NCBI GenBank assembly: GCA_963779755.1 | Contig: CAVZZO010000003.1 | Span: 224,001-288,000 of the forward strand | Direction: 5' to 3' | Source: an uncultured Gemmatimonadales bacterium | Lineage (GTDB): Bacteria > Gemmatimonadota > Gemmatimonadetes > Gemmatimonadales > GWC2-71-9 | Length of the DNA stretch: 64,000 bases | Shown: piece by piece, positions 53,310-64,000 of the stretch | Layout: every line of letters starts with the position of its first letter | Position numbering within the stretch: position 1 is the stretch's first letter | Notes under the pieces: model-generated | Told to the model about the DNA's origin: nothing | Databases searched by the model: none | Seen by the model: the letters and a program-made list of their open reading frames with translations, nothing else | Translations under genes and position numbers: made by a program

Positions 53310-56300
53310 TTAAGGACGGCTTGCGTCGTATCGCCGGACAGCCACGGTGAGACGCTCACCGTCGATGTCGAGGTCCTGCTCCAGATCCGGAACGGCCAGA
53401 CGTTCGCCCAGCACCAGCTCCCGGGCGAGCGTCTCCGTCTTGATGAAATCGGCATGGGCCGAGACCGCCTGCAGCAGTCCCGGCGTGCCGGCGAGGCCCA
53501 GTGAAATGCGGGTTGTATAATCGTAGCCCGCCTCCTTCCGCAAGCGTTGCACCCGGTTGACTGCTTCCCGCGCCAGGCCTTCCGCGCGCAACGCGTCGTC
53601 CAGCCGGGGATCGATGGCCGCCACGAAGGGCCCGTCGCTCTCGACCACCCAGTCGCTGGCGACCTCGCGCTCCACCGTGACATCCTCCGGCAGCCAGGTG
53701 ACCGTCTCGCCGTTCAGGCTGGCCTCCACCGGGCTGCCCTGCTCCAGCGCCCGGAGCTGGTCGGCCGTTAGCCCGGCCGCGGCCGCGGCCACGGCCGGCG
53801 TCTGCCTGCCGAACCGCTTGCCGAGGGAGCGGAAGTTCGGCCGGCCCCGCAACCGCACCAGGTCGGTGTCGCTGGCCACGATCTCCACCGTCTTGACGTT
53901 CACCTCCGAGCGGAGGAGCGGGAGCAGCTCCTCCAGCAGGGGCCCGCGCACCGCCGACGGCACCGCGACCTGCAGTCGCGGCAGCGGCTGGCGCACCTTG
54001 AGGCCGGCGCGCTCGCGCGCGGCCCGTGCGAGGGAGGCCAGGCGGCGCACGGCATCCATCGCGGTTTCCAGCGCGGGGTCTTCGGCGCCGGGCCGGGGGA
54101 AACCCGCCAGGTGGACGGTCGAGCCGGCCAGCCCGCGGTGCAGCCAGTCGGCCATGAACGGCGCTGCCGGGGCCAGCAGCCGGGCCGTGGTCACCAGCGC
54201 CTGGTGCAGGGTCGCCGAGGCGGCCGGGTCGGCCTCGGCATCGGGCGCCCAGAAGCGCCCGCGGTTGAGCCGCACGTACCAGTTGGACAGATCGTCCACT
54301 ACAAAGTCCATCAGCGCCCTCGTCCCGGCGGTGACGTCATAGCCGTCCCAGGCCTCCCGCACCAGGCGGACGGTGCGCGCCAGCCGGCTCCGCAGCCAGC
54401 GATCGGCGGTGAGCTCGGCGCCGGGCACCCCCCCCGGCGTCCAGTCGCCGGCGTAGCTGGCGAAGAAGTGGTAGGTGTTCCGCAGCGTGTTGAGGAAACC
54501 GCCCACCACTTCGGGCACCGCCCGGGGGTCGAAGCGCTTGGGCAGCCAGACCTGGCTCGAGCTCAGCAGGTAGAGCCGGACGGCGTCGGCGCCGAACTCG
54601 GCGATGACCTGCCAGGGCTCCACCACGTTGCCCCGGCTCTTGGACATCTTCTGCCCCTCGGCATCCAGCACCAGCTCATTCACGATCACGTGCCGGTAGG
54701 CCGGCTGGTCGAACGCCGCCGTGGCGATGGCCAGCAGCGAGTAGAACCAGCCCCGGGTCTGGTCCACCCCTTCGCAGATGAAGTCGGCCGGGAAATGGGC
54801 CTGGAACTCCGCCTCGCCCTCGAAGGGATAGTGCCACTGGGCATAGGGCATCGATCCGGAATCGAACCAGGTGTCGATCACTTCCGGCGCCCGGCGCATG
54901 GTGCCGCCGCACGCGCAGGCCCAGGTGTACCCGTCGATGAACGGCTTGTGCGGATCGAACTCCGCCGGCAACGGCTGTCCCCAGCGTTCCGCCAGGCGGG
55001 CGTAGCTGCCGACGACCTCCACATGGCGGTCGTCACGGTCGCAGGTCCAGACCGGCAGGGGCGTGCCCCAGTACCGGTCGCGCGAGAGAGCCCAGTCTAC
55101 GTTGTTGGCCAGCCACTCGCCGAAACGGCCGGCGCCGACCTCCGGCGGATGCCAGTCCACCTGCGCAGTGATTGCCAGCATGCGGTCGCGCACCGCGGTG
55201 GTGCGGACGAACCAGGAGTCGCGGGCATAGTAGATGAGCGGACTCTGGCAACGCCAGCAGTGGGGATAGGTGTGCCGGTGTTCCTGCGCCAGATGATAGC
55301 GCCCTTCGTCGCGCAGCCGCTGGACGATGAGCCGGTTGGTCTCGCGATCGGTGACCAGGCGCCCCTCCAGCGCGGGCCAGCGGGTGCCCTCGAACGTGCC
55401 GTCGGCCGCCACCGGCCGCGCCAGCTCCAGCCCCTCGCGCCGGCCCACGGCGAAATCGTCGGCGCCGAAGGCGGGCGCAATGTGCACCAGGCCGGTACCG
55501 TCCTCGGCCGTCACGAAATCGCCAGCGACCACCACCCGGCTCTGCCCCTCGCCGGGCAGGTCCACCAGCTCGAGCGGCCGGCGGTAGCGTAGCCCCAGCA
55601 GCTCGCGGCCGGGGAACCGGCGGCGCGCGCCCACGTCCCCGAAGGACGGTGCCCCCTTCCGGGCACTTACCGGCAGCGCATCGCGCCCCGTCGCGAGGAT
55701 GTACGTCCGCCCGTCCACCTCATATTCGCCATATTCCAGTTCGGGGTGCACCGCGACCCCCACGTTGGACAGCAGGGTCCAGGGCGTGGTGGTCCAGACC
55801 AGCAGCTCGCGGCCGCTGCCGTCCTCCAAGGGAAAGGTGACGTACACCGACTGGGTCTGCACCTCCTGATAGCCGAGCGCCAGCTCGTGGCTGGACAGCA
55901 CGGTGCCGCAGCGGGGGCAGTATGGCAGCACCCGGTGGCCCCGGTACAGCAGTTCCCGCTCCCACAGCCGGTGCAGCAGCCACCAGACCGTTTCGATGTA
56001 GTGGTTGCTGCAGGTGATATAGGGGTGCTCGTAGTCCAGCCAGTACCCGATGCGGTCGGAGAGCGACCGCCATTCGGCTTCGTAGCGGAACACGCTTTCG
56101 CGGCAGAGCGCGTTGAACTTCTCCACCCCGAAGCGCTCGATATCCTTCTTGCCCGACAGCTGGAGCTGCTTCTCCACTTCGATCTCGACCGGGAGCCCGT
56201 GGGTGTCCCACCCGGCGATGCGGGTGACCGATTCCCCCTGCATCGTGTGATAGCGGCAGATCAGGTCCTTGATGGTCCGGGAGAAGACGTGATGGATCCC

Positions 56301-56462
56301 GGGACGCCCGTTCGCCGTAGGCGGGCCCTCGAAGAAAACGAAGGGCGGCCCGCCGGCCGTCTGTTCCAGCGTGCGCTGAAAGAGCCGGTCTTCAGTCCAG
56401 CGCTCCAGCAGCGCACGCTCGAGCTCGTCCGCCGTCCCGGCGGGCCACTGCGGCCAGGTCAT
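53310..56462 (-). CDS. ileS: Isoleucyl-tRNA synthetase, type 2 (GIHH variant of HIGH)
   Basis: [52 protein letters not shown]; long IleRS2-type C-terminus with no IleRS1 zinc finger. Confidence 0.97.
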   Translation of the reverse strand: MTWPQWPAGTADELERALLERWTEDRLFQRTLEQTAGGPPFVFFEGPPTANGRPGIHHVFSRTIKDLICRYHTMQGESVTRIAGWDTHGLPVEIEVEKQLQLSGKKDIERFGVEKFNALCRESVFRYEAEWRSLSDRIGYWLDYEHPYITCSNHYIETVWWLLHRLWERELLYRGHRVLPYCPRCGTVLSSHELALGYQEVQTQSVYVTFPLEDGSGRELLVWTTTPWTLLSNVGVAVHPELEYGEYEVDGRTYILATGRDALPVSARKGAPSFGDVGARRRFPGRELLGLRYRRPLELVDLPGEGQSRVVVAGDFVTAEDGTGLVHIAPAFGADDFAVGRREGLELARPVAADGTFEGTRWPALEGRLVTDRETNRLIVQRLRDEGRYHLAQEHRHTYPHCWRCQSPLIYYARDSWFVRTTAVRDRMLAITAQVDWHPPEVGAGRFGEWLANNVDWALSRDRYWGTPLPVWTCDRDDRHVEVVGSYARLAERWGQPLPAEFDPHKPFIDGYTWACACGGTMRRAPEVIDTWFDSGSMPYAQWHYPFEGEAEFQAHFPADFICEGVDQTRGWFYSLLAIATAAFDQPAYRHVIVNELVLDAEGQKMSKSRGNVVEPWQVIAEFGADAVRLYLLSSSQVWLPKRFDPRAVPEVVGGFLNTLRNTYHFFASYAGDWTPGGVPGAELTADRWLRSRLARTVRLVREAWDGYDVTAGTRALMDFVVDDLSNWYVRLNRGRFWAPDAEADPAASATLHQALVTTARLLAPAAPFMADWLHRGLAGSTVHLAGFPRPGAEDPALETAMDAVRRLASLARAARERAGLKVRQPLPRLQVAVPSAVRGPLLEELLPLLRSEVNVKTVEIVASDTDLVRLRGRPNFRSLGKRFGRQTPAVAAAAAGLTADQLRALEQGSPVEASLNGETVTWLPEDVTVEREVASDWVVESDGPFVAAIDPRLDDALRAEGLAREAVNRVQRLRKEAGYDYTTRISLGLAGTPGLLQAVSAHADFIKTETLARELVLGERLAVPDLEQDLDIDGERLTVAVRRYDASRP

Positions 56463-57298
56463 CCGTCCATCCGCCCCACCACATGCCGCACCAGCCGGGT
56501 GAGTCCCGGCTCGGCCGCTTCAGCGGTGGCGATGATCCGGCTGATCTCCGCCGGCTCCAGCGCGTCGGGCAGGCACTGGTCCGTGATGATCGACAGGCCC
56601 AGCACCCGCATGCCGGCGTGCCGAGCGACGATGACCTCCGGAACGGTGGACATGCCCACGACGTCGGCACCCAGGGCGCGGAGCATGCGGTACTCGGCGC
56701 GGGTTTCGAGGTTGGGACCGGCCACGGCGACGTAGACGCCCTCGCGCAGCGTGACGCCCAGCTCGAGCGCCGCCGCGCGCGCCAGCGCGCGCAGGCCGGG
56801 GTCGTACGGCGAGGACATGTCGGGGAATCGCGGGCCCAGACGCTCGTCGTTCGGCCCCACCAGCGGGTTGTCGCCCAGCAGGTTGATATGATCGGCGAGC
56901 AGCACGAGATCGCCCGGCTGCCAGAGCGGATGCATGCCTCCGCAGGCGTTGCTCACGATCAGGGTGCCGGCGCCCAGCGCGTGCAGCACCCGCACCGGGA
57001 AGGTGACCTGCCCCAGGTCGTAGCCCTCATAGCGATGAAACCGGCCCTGCATGGCCACCACCGGTGCGCCCGCCAGCGTGCCCAGCAGGAGGCGCCCCTG
57101 GTGGCTCTCGACCGTCGAGAGCGGAAAGCCGGGCAGCTCGCCGTAGGGGATGCTCGCCGCCACGTCCATCTCCCGGGCAAGGCCGCCCAGACCGGTCCCC
57201 AGAATGAGACCGGCCCGGGGGTGGAGTTCCGAGCGCGTCCGCACCGCGGCCGCCGCGGCGGCGACGGCGTCGTAGAGTGACTGGGCCGCAACCGGCAT
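56459..57298 (-). CDS. Purine nucleoside phosphorylase (trimeric PNP type)
   Basis: ATG 57298; [45 protein letters not shown]. Confidence 0.93.
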   Translation of the reverse strand: MPVAAQSLYDAVAAAAAAVRTRSELHPRAGLILGTGLGGLAREMDVAASIPYGELPGFPLSTVESHQGRLLLGTLAGAPVVAMQGRFHRYEGYDLGQVTFPVRVLHALGAGTLIVSNACGGMHPLWQPGDLVLLADHINLLGDNPLVGPNDERLGPRFPDMSSPYDPGLRALARAAALELGVTLREGVYVAVAGPNLETRAEYRMLRALGADVVGMSTVPEVIVARHAGMRVLGLSIITDQCLPDALEPAEISRIIATAEAAEPGLTRLVRHVVGRMDG

Positions 57299-57813
57299 CA
57301 GCTCTCCCGTTTGAGCAGCAGCTCGGTCTGGGTGCGGGCCGCGGCGGTCTCGTGGGCCTGCAGCCCGTCCAGTTCCGCCAGCTGCCGTTCGAGCAACGCG
57401 CGGAAGTTGGCAAGGTACGAGGTGTACTGCCGTGCCGCCTGCTCCGTCCGCTCGCGGAAGCCGGCCTCCTCCTGCTGCGCCTGCGCCAGGATGCGCATCG
57501 CCTCCGACCGGGCTTCGCGGATGATGGCCTCGGCCTCGCGATCGGCCTGCTGGCGGCTGTCGGCCCGGAGCTGCTGCGCCGCGATCAGCGCCTCGTTCAT
57601 GGCCCGCTCCCGCTCGCGGAACGCCCGCAGCTGCTCCTGCATGTTCCGCAGCCGCTCCTCCCACTGCATGCGCTCCCGCAGCAGCCGCTCGACCTCCTCG
57701 GACACCCGGAGCTTGAAATCGTCCACCTGCGCCCGGTCGTAGCCGCGGAGCGCGCCCTGGAACTCCTGGGCCCGGATGTCGTGCGGCGTGAGGTGAAAGA
57801 GATCGTCAGCCAT
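57298..57813 (-). CDS. divIVA: DivIVA-domain coiled-coil protein
   Basis: LTP.DI...EF...LRGYD..QVD.F followed by a long coiled coil. Confidence 0.9.
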   Translation of the reverse strand: MADDLFHLTPHDIRAQEFQGALRGYDRAQVDDFKLRVSEEVERLLRERMQWEERLRNMQEQLRAFRERERAMNEALIAAQQLRADSRQQADREAEAIIREARSEAMRILAQAQQEEAGFRERTEQAARQYTSYLANFRALLERQLAELDGLQAHETAAARTQTELLLKRES

Positions 57814-58498
57814 GCGTACGCTCCCCGAAAAGCACGGTCCCCAACCGGACCATGGTGGCCCCCTCCTCGACCGCGACTCCGTAGTCGCCGGACATGCCCA
57901 TCGATAATTCCGGCAGGCGGTGACCCCGGGCCCCGGCGTCGTCGCGCAGGAGGCGCAGGCGGCGGAAGGCGCTCCGCTGCCGGGACGGATCGTCGGTCAG
58001 CTCGGCCATCGTCATGAGGCCCCGCAATTCCAACCCGGCCAGGCCCGCGATCCGATCGAGCAGGGCCGGCAGCTCCTCCGGCGCCGCCCCGCCCTTCTGC
58101 GCCTCACCGGAACAGTTCACCTGCACCAGCACCGCCTGGCGCGTGCCCGGTGGCTGCCGCCGGTCCAGTTCCACCGCCAGCTCCTCGCGATCCACCGAAT
58201 GGATCAGCGCGAAACGGCCGGTGATCTGCCGGACCTTGTTGCGCTGGAGGGTACCGATCAGGTGCCAGTCGAGATCAATGGGACCGACGGCGTCCTGCTT
58301 GGCCAGGGCCTCCTGCACCCGGTTCTCCCCCACGGCATCCAGGCCCGCCGCCGCCGCGGCCCGCACCGCGTCTGGGCCATGGGTCTTGGTGACGGCGATG
58401 ATTCGCACCGGGTGGGTCCATCCCGCCCGCTGCTGATGCCCGGCAATCGCCTCCCGGACCTGCTGCAGCCGGGCCGATAGGCCGGACAAATATTCCAT
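57806..58498 (-). CDS. yggS: PLP homeostasis protein YggS/PROSC
   Basis: AVTK, GENRVQE, WHLIG.LQ.NK, HSVD, QVN...E.QK.G, GLMTM, LSMGMSGD, VRLGT.LFG. Confidence 0.96.
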   Translation of the reverse strand: MEYLSGLSARLQQVREAIAGHQQRAGWTHPVRIIAVTKTHGPDAVRAAAAAGLDAVGENRVQEALAKQDAVGPIDLDWHLIGTLQRNKVRQITGRFALIHSVDREELAVELDRRQPPGTRQAVLVQVNCSGEAQKGGAAPEELPALLDRIAGLAGLELRGLMTMAELTDDPSRQRSAFRRLRLLRDDAGARGHRLPELSMGMSGDYGVAVEEGATMVRLGTVLFGERTHG

Positions 58499-58506
58499 AG
58501 CCCTAT

Positions 58507-58535
58507 AATTTACTTGCGGTTAGCGTGGGAATGAA
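58507..58535 (-). promoter_or_regulatory. Candidate promoter TTCATT-17 nt-TAAATT for yggS (near-leaderless)
   Basis: The -10 ends 8 nt before the yggS ATG; no strong SD. Confidence 0.5.
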
Positions 58536-58580
58536 GGGGACCAGGGATCAGGGACTCGCGACTAATGACTAACGACTGAC
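58535..58580. repeat. Degenerate heptamer tandem repeat (STRR-like)
   Basis: aggggac-cagggat-cagggac-tcgcgac-taatgac-taacgac-tgac, spanning the DUF2723 stop. Confidence 0.55.
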
Positions 58581-60983
58581 CCCCAGCGACTCCCTGAGCC
58601 GGGCCAGTTCCTGCAGCACCGCCGGATCGATCTCCAGTTGCTCGGCCCGGTCCGCGTTCGCCAGCGCCCGGTCGCGCTCGCCCAGGCGCGCGTACGCGAA
58701 GGCCAGCTCGGTAAAGGGAATGCCGAGATTCCTGGCCATGCCCTGTGCAGTGGGGTCCAGATCGCGGAGGTCGGCGCCCAGCAGACCGGCGTAGCGATAG
58801 GTATCCCACATGAGTCTGGTGGTGGTGGGGATATCGAGCAGAGCCCCATAGAGGCGCCGGGAATCGACGCTCGGCGCCGTGGTGTCGACCGGCGCCTCCT
58901 GCAGGGTGTAGACGAGGCCCTGCTGCAGGATGGCATTCCCGACCCCATGCATGTCCCGGCCGGTCGTCATGCTCCAGCTCAGCGGCCGCCGGCCGAAATT
59001 CTCCTGGACGATTCGGGCGGCGGCGATATCGCTGGGCGGCAGATACCGGCCGCCAGGTATGATGTAGCCCAACGAGCCCAGGCGCAGGGTGAGCGGCTGG
59101 TCCAGCCGCACCGGAACGGGGCCGGTAAGGCGCGCGATGGCCGAATCGCTCAGCGTGAACAGCGGCGCCTCTGGCGCAGCCGGATGCCGCCCCTGCCAGA
59201 TGGCGGGCGCCCGGCCCTCATCGAAGGGCCGGGTCCGCCGCCGGCGCAGCTCGCGCAGATACCAGCCGGTGTTTGCCAGCGCCAGACAGACGACGTCGAC
59301 ATCGCGTCGGATGCCCGCCACCTCCTGGGCCCACCAGAGCGGGAAGGTGTCGTTGTCGCCGAAAGTGAACAGGATACCGTAGGGCGGAACAGAATTGAGC
59401 AGATTGTACGCAAAGTCCGCGGCGAGACGCGCGTCGGGGGTTTGCCGCCGCGTGGCCTGGGCGAAATTGCCGGCCACGGGAACCAGCGCCGTCGCCCCGA
59501 GCAGGGCCACTCCCACTGCGGCCGGACGGCCCCGGTAGAGCAGACGGCGCACCAGCACAGCGGCTGCTATCCCCGCCCAGAGGCCCCAGACCACGAAGCT
59601 CACCACGAAGAAATAGTCCCGCTCGCGCACCTCGTGATCCTGTACACTGGGCCAGCGATCCCACGCCAGGCTGTACCCTGGCTTGAAGTTCATGTACAGC
59701 ACGAGGCCCAGGCCGGTCGCCAGGAACAATCCCAGCAACAGCCACCAGCTGGAGCGGTCAAACCGGCGATGCAGCAGCAGCCCCTGAAACCCCAATACCA
59801 GGTAGATCAGCGTCACCAGCAACCGCCATACGGCGCCACGCTCGCCTCCCGGCAGGCTGCGGGCCCATTGCCAGTCGAAGTACTGCACGTAATTCACCAG
59901 CTGCCAGCCCAATACCTCGAGCGACCGTCCCGGGTTGCCGGGACCATGTTGCATGGTGGGATCGTCCAGCGGCGTGCGCGGCGGATACTGGGCCCGCTGA
60001 ATGACGGCCAGCAGTGCGGCCGGCGTTTCCGGCGCCGCTTCATTCAACACCGGATGCTGCCGGGCGCGTACATAGAGAAAGCCGTAGGTGGAGACGCCTC
60101 CCAGGGCCAGAGCCGGTACCAGCAGGGCGAAGCCCAGGGTCCGGGCCTGGACTGCCAGGAGGATCGCGCCCAGCAGCAGCACACCAGCCGAGATCATGAG
60201 CATCGGATTCCCCAGCCCCACACCCACCAGCAGCATCCACGCGGTTGCAACGACCCCCAGCTGCGCCCATTCCCGGCGCCGGTCCCCCGGGGTAGCGGCA
60301 GGATGCAGGCGGAGCTCGCTCCCGAGAAAGAGCACCACCGCGGGGCCGGCCAGGAGCGTGAGCAGGTGAGTGCCCACCGAGAGTCCGGCCAGGTACATGA
60401 CGAGGAGCAGCGTCCGGGGAGCGCGCCCGCTGCCGCGCCGGCGGCGCCACAGCAGCGCCAGCCAGGAGATGGCCGCGATGAGAAACGTCGCGACCGCGTA
60501 GACTTCCGTCTCGTTGGAGTTCTGCCAGTTGGTGAAGGTGAAGGCGCCGGTCAGGGCGGCGGCCGCCGCGCCGCCGATCCGCACCATCCGGTTACGGAGC
60601 TCCGGCCCGGGCGCCAGGCGCGCCAGCGCCTCGTGCACTACCAGAAAGAAGCAGCCGGCACCCAGCGCGCTGAGCAGGGCGCTCAGAAAATTCAGCCGGA
60701 CGGCGTACTGTCCCAGGGGAACCAGCGCGCCCCAGACGTGCGCCAGCAGCACGAACACCGGCGTTCCGGGAGGGTGAGGAATCCCCAGCACCTTCGCGGC
60801 CGCAATGAACTCGCCTGCATCCCAGAAGGTGACCGTCGGGGCCAGGGTGATGGTGTAGAGGACCAGCACGGCGGCCGACACTCCGCCGGCCAGGCCGTAG
60901 GGCGCCGCACCCGGCGTCCCGTGGGCCAATTCCGCGATGGCAGGCGTGGCTGCCCGTTGCTTGGCTCTGCGTGCTTTCGACAT
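58569..60983 (-). CDS. DUF2723 / TMEM260-like GT-C polytopic membrane glycosyltransferase
   Basis: T...WDAGEF......LGIPHPPG.P, E.EVY, about 11 TMs, RERDYFF, GDNDTFPLW, C-terminal TPR-like helix. Confidence 0.85.
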   Translation of the reverse strand: MSKARRAKQRAATPAIAELAHGTPGAAPYGLAGGVSAAVLVLYTITLAPTVTFWDAGEFIAAAKVLGIPHPPGTPVFVLLAHVWGALVPLGQYAVRLNFLSALLSALGAGCFFLVVHEALARLAPGPELRNRMVRIGGAAAAALTGAFTFTNWQNSNETEVYAVATFLIAAISWLALLWRRRRGSGRAPRTLLLVMYLAGLSVGTHLLTLLAGPAVVLFLGSELRLHPAATPGDRRREWAQLGVVATAWMLLVGVGLGNPMLMISAGVLLLGAILLAVQARTLGFALLVPALALGGVSTYGFLYVRARQHPVLNEAAPETPAALLAVIQRAQYPPRTPLDDPTMQHGPGNPGRSLEVLGWQLVNYVQYFDWQWARSLPGGERGAVWRLLVTLIYLVLGFQGLLLHRRFDRSSWWLLLGLFLATGLGLVLYMNFKPGYSLAWDRWPSVQDHEVRERDYFFVVSFVVWGLWAGIAAAVLVRRLLYRGRPAAVGVALLGATALVPVAGNFAQATRRQTPDARLAADFAYNLLNSVPPYGILFTFGDNDTFPLWWAQEVAGIRRDVDVVCLALANTGWYLRELRRRRTRPFDEGRAPAIWQGRHPAAPEAPLFTLSDSAIARLTGPVPVRLDQPLTLRLGSLGYIIPGGRYLPPSDIAAARIVQENFGRRPLSWSMTTGRDMHGVGNAILQQGLVYTLQEAPVDTTAPSVDSRRLYGALLDIPTTTRLMWDTYRYAGLLGADLRDLDPTAQGMARNLGIPFTELAFAYARLGERDRALANADRAEQLEIDPAVLQELARLRESLGVSR

Positions 60984-61002
60984 GCTCCCCGCCCCCAAAG
61001 GC

Positions 61003-62183
61003 TCAGCCTGCCCCGGCGTCTCCCCGCTCCATCGCCTGGGCCAGGTCCAGCGCTTCCCGGCTCAGGGCGACATCGTGCACCCGGAAGAGACGGACGCCTT
61101 CACGGTAAGCCATGGCACAGGCCACGGCCGTGGCGCGATCGCGATCCCCCACCGCCCGTCCGGTGGCGGCGCCCAGAAAGCGCTTGCGGGACGGGCCGAC
61201 CAGTAGCGGCCGCCCCAGGGCGCGAAACGCCGCCAGCTGATCGAGCACCAGGAGGTTCTGCGCCGCGGTCTTGCCGAATCCGAGGCCGGGGTCCAGCACG
61301 ATACGATCGGCCTCCACCCCGGCGCCCACCGCCGCCTCCAGACGCTCGCGCATCTCGCGCAGGATGGTCCCCAGCGGATCGGTCCCGTAGTCGGCGTGCT
61401 CCAGCGACGCCATATCGGCGACACCGCCGCGCGAGTGCATCAGGATCACCCCGGCACCGCCCTCGGCTGCCAGGGCGGCCATGCCCGCGTCCAGCCGGAA
61501 CGCGGACGGGTCGTTGATGATCGCGGCTCCCGCGTCGAGGGCCGCGGCGGCCACATCGCGCTTCACGGTGTCCACCGACACCGGCACCGCGGGGTGGCGC
61601 CGCGCCAGCTCGCGAATCACCGGAATTACGCGCCGCCGCTCCTCCTCCGCCCCGACCGGGGACGATCCGGGGCGGGTGGATTCACCCCCCACGTCGATCA
61701 GCGCGGCGCCGTCCGCCACCAGGCGGTCGGCGTGCCGGAGTGCGGCATCGAGTGTGGTGTGGAGACCGCCATCGCTGAAGCTGTCGGGCGTCACGTTGAG
61801 CACGCCTGCGATCCGGTACCCCTCCAGCCCGATGGGACCGGCGGCGGTCAGCCATACGGGAGACGGGTCGGCCGGAAGGGCCGCCCCGATCGCGATGGCC
61901 GCCTGGCTCAGTTCAGGGGGAAGCGACCAGGGCCGGGCCAGGCCGGCCAGCCGGGACCGGCTGCCCGCCAGCAGGGCCCAGCCGTCGCCGCTCAGCAGGT
62001 CGAAACCGAGCCGGCCGGCGTGGAGCGCCAGCGCATCGCGGGTCGCGTCGTCGAGCGCGGTGAGATAGAGGAGGACCGGGGTGATCGCACCGCCGGCGGT
62101 GGCGGCGCGATCGGGATCCCATCCGTGGGCGATCAGCAGATCGCGCACCACCCGCGGCGAGTCCGCCGCGAGAGGCGTGACGA

Positions 62184-62187
<4 letters not shown>
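61003..62187 (-). CDS. folP: Dihydropteroate synthase with an ~125-aa N-terminal extension
   Basis: GTG 62187 overlapping the ftsH stop; [43 protein letters not shown]. Confidence 0.93.

Positions 62188-64000
<1,813 letters not shown>

Overview
High-GC window of core chromosome. Gene content and order suggest Gemmatimonadota (inference only). Almost all genes from 8.5 kb to 64 kb lie on the minus strand and many are translationally coupled. In transcription order: ftsH(partial)-folP-DUF2723 glycosyltransferase-yggS-divIVA-PNP-ileS-dksA/traR-lspA-rluA, then an ~18 kb signalling locus, then a small membrane protein, tRNA-Val, a secreted TPR protein, tRNA-Asp, the dcw cluster (rsmH..ftsZ), an M23 peptidase, a hisA-like gene, a vWA protein, ftsY and recG. 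The left end carries accessory genes: an alpha/beta hydrolase, a Ser/Thr kinase, a GWxTD protein, an MliC-like lipoprotein, a zinc metallopeptidase and a VIT1/CCC1 transporter. The main highlight is the signalling locus at 33294-51372. It is a chemosensory operon with no receptor gene (3x cheW, cheY, cheA, cheC, cheR, cheD, cheB). Embedded in it are an MglA Ras-like GTPase, three roadblock/MglB-type proteins, several TPR proteins, two paralogous DUF4388 proteins with tandem MshEN-like c-di-GMP-binding motifs, and a protein made of two DnaA-type AAA+ domains with no DNA-binding domain. It is a candidate chemosensory/c-di-GMP/polarity/cell-cycle switch lying between divIVA and the dcw cluster. 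Other points: IleRS2 with a GIHH motif, HisA with His in place of the catalytic Asp, long-form FolP, two apparent non-canonical start codons and a C10 tract in a promoter spacer. No CRISPR array, rRNA or mobile element was recognised. All family assignments come from motif recognition by eye, not database searches.
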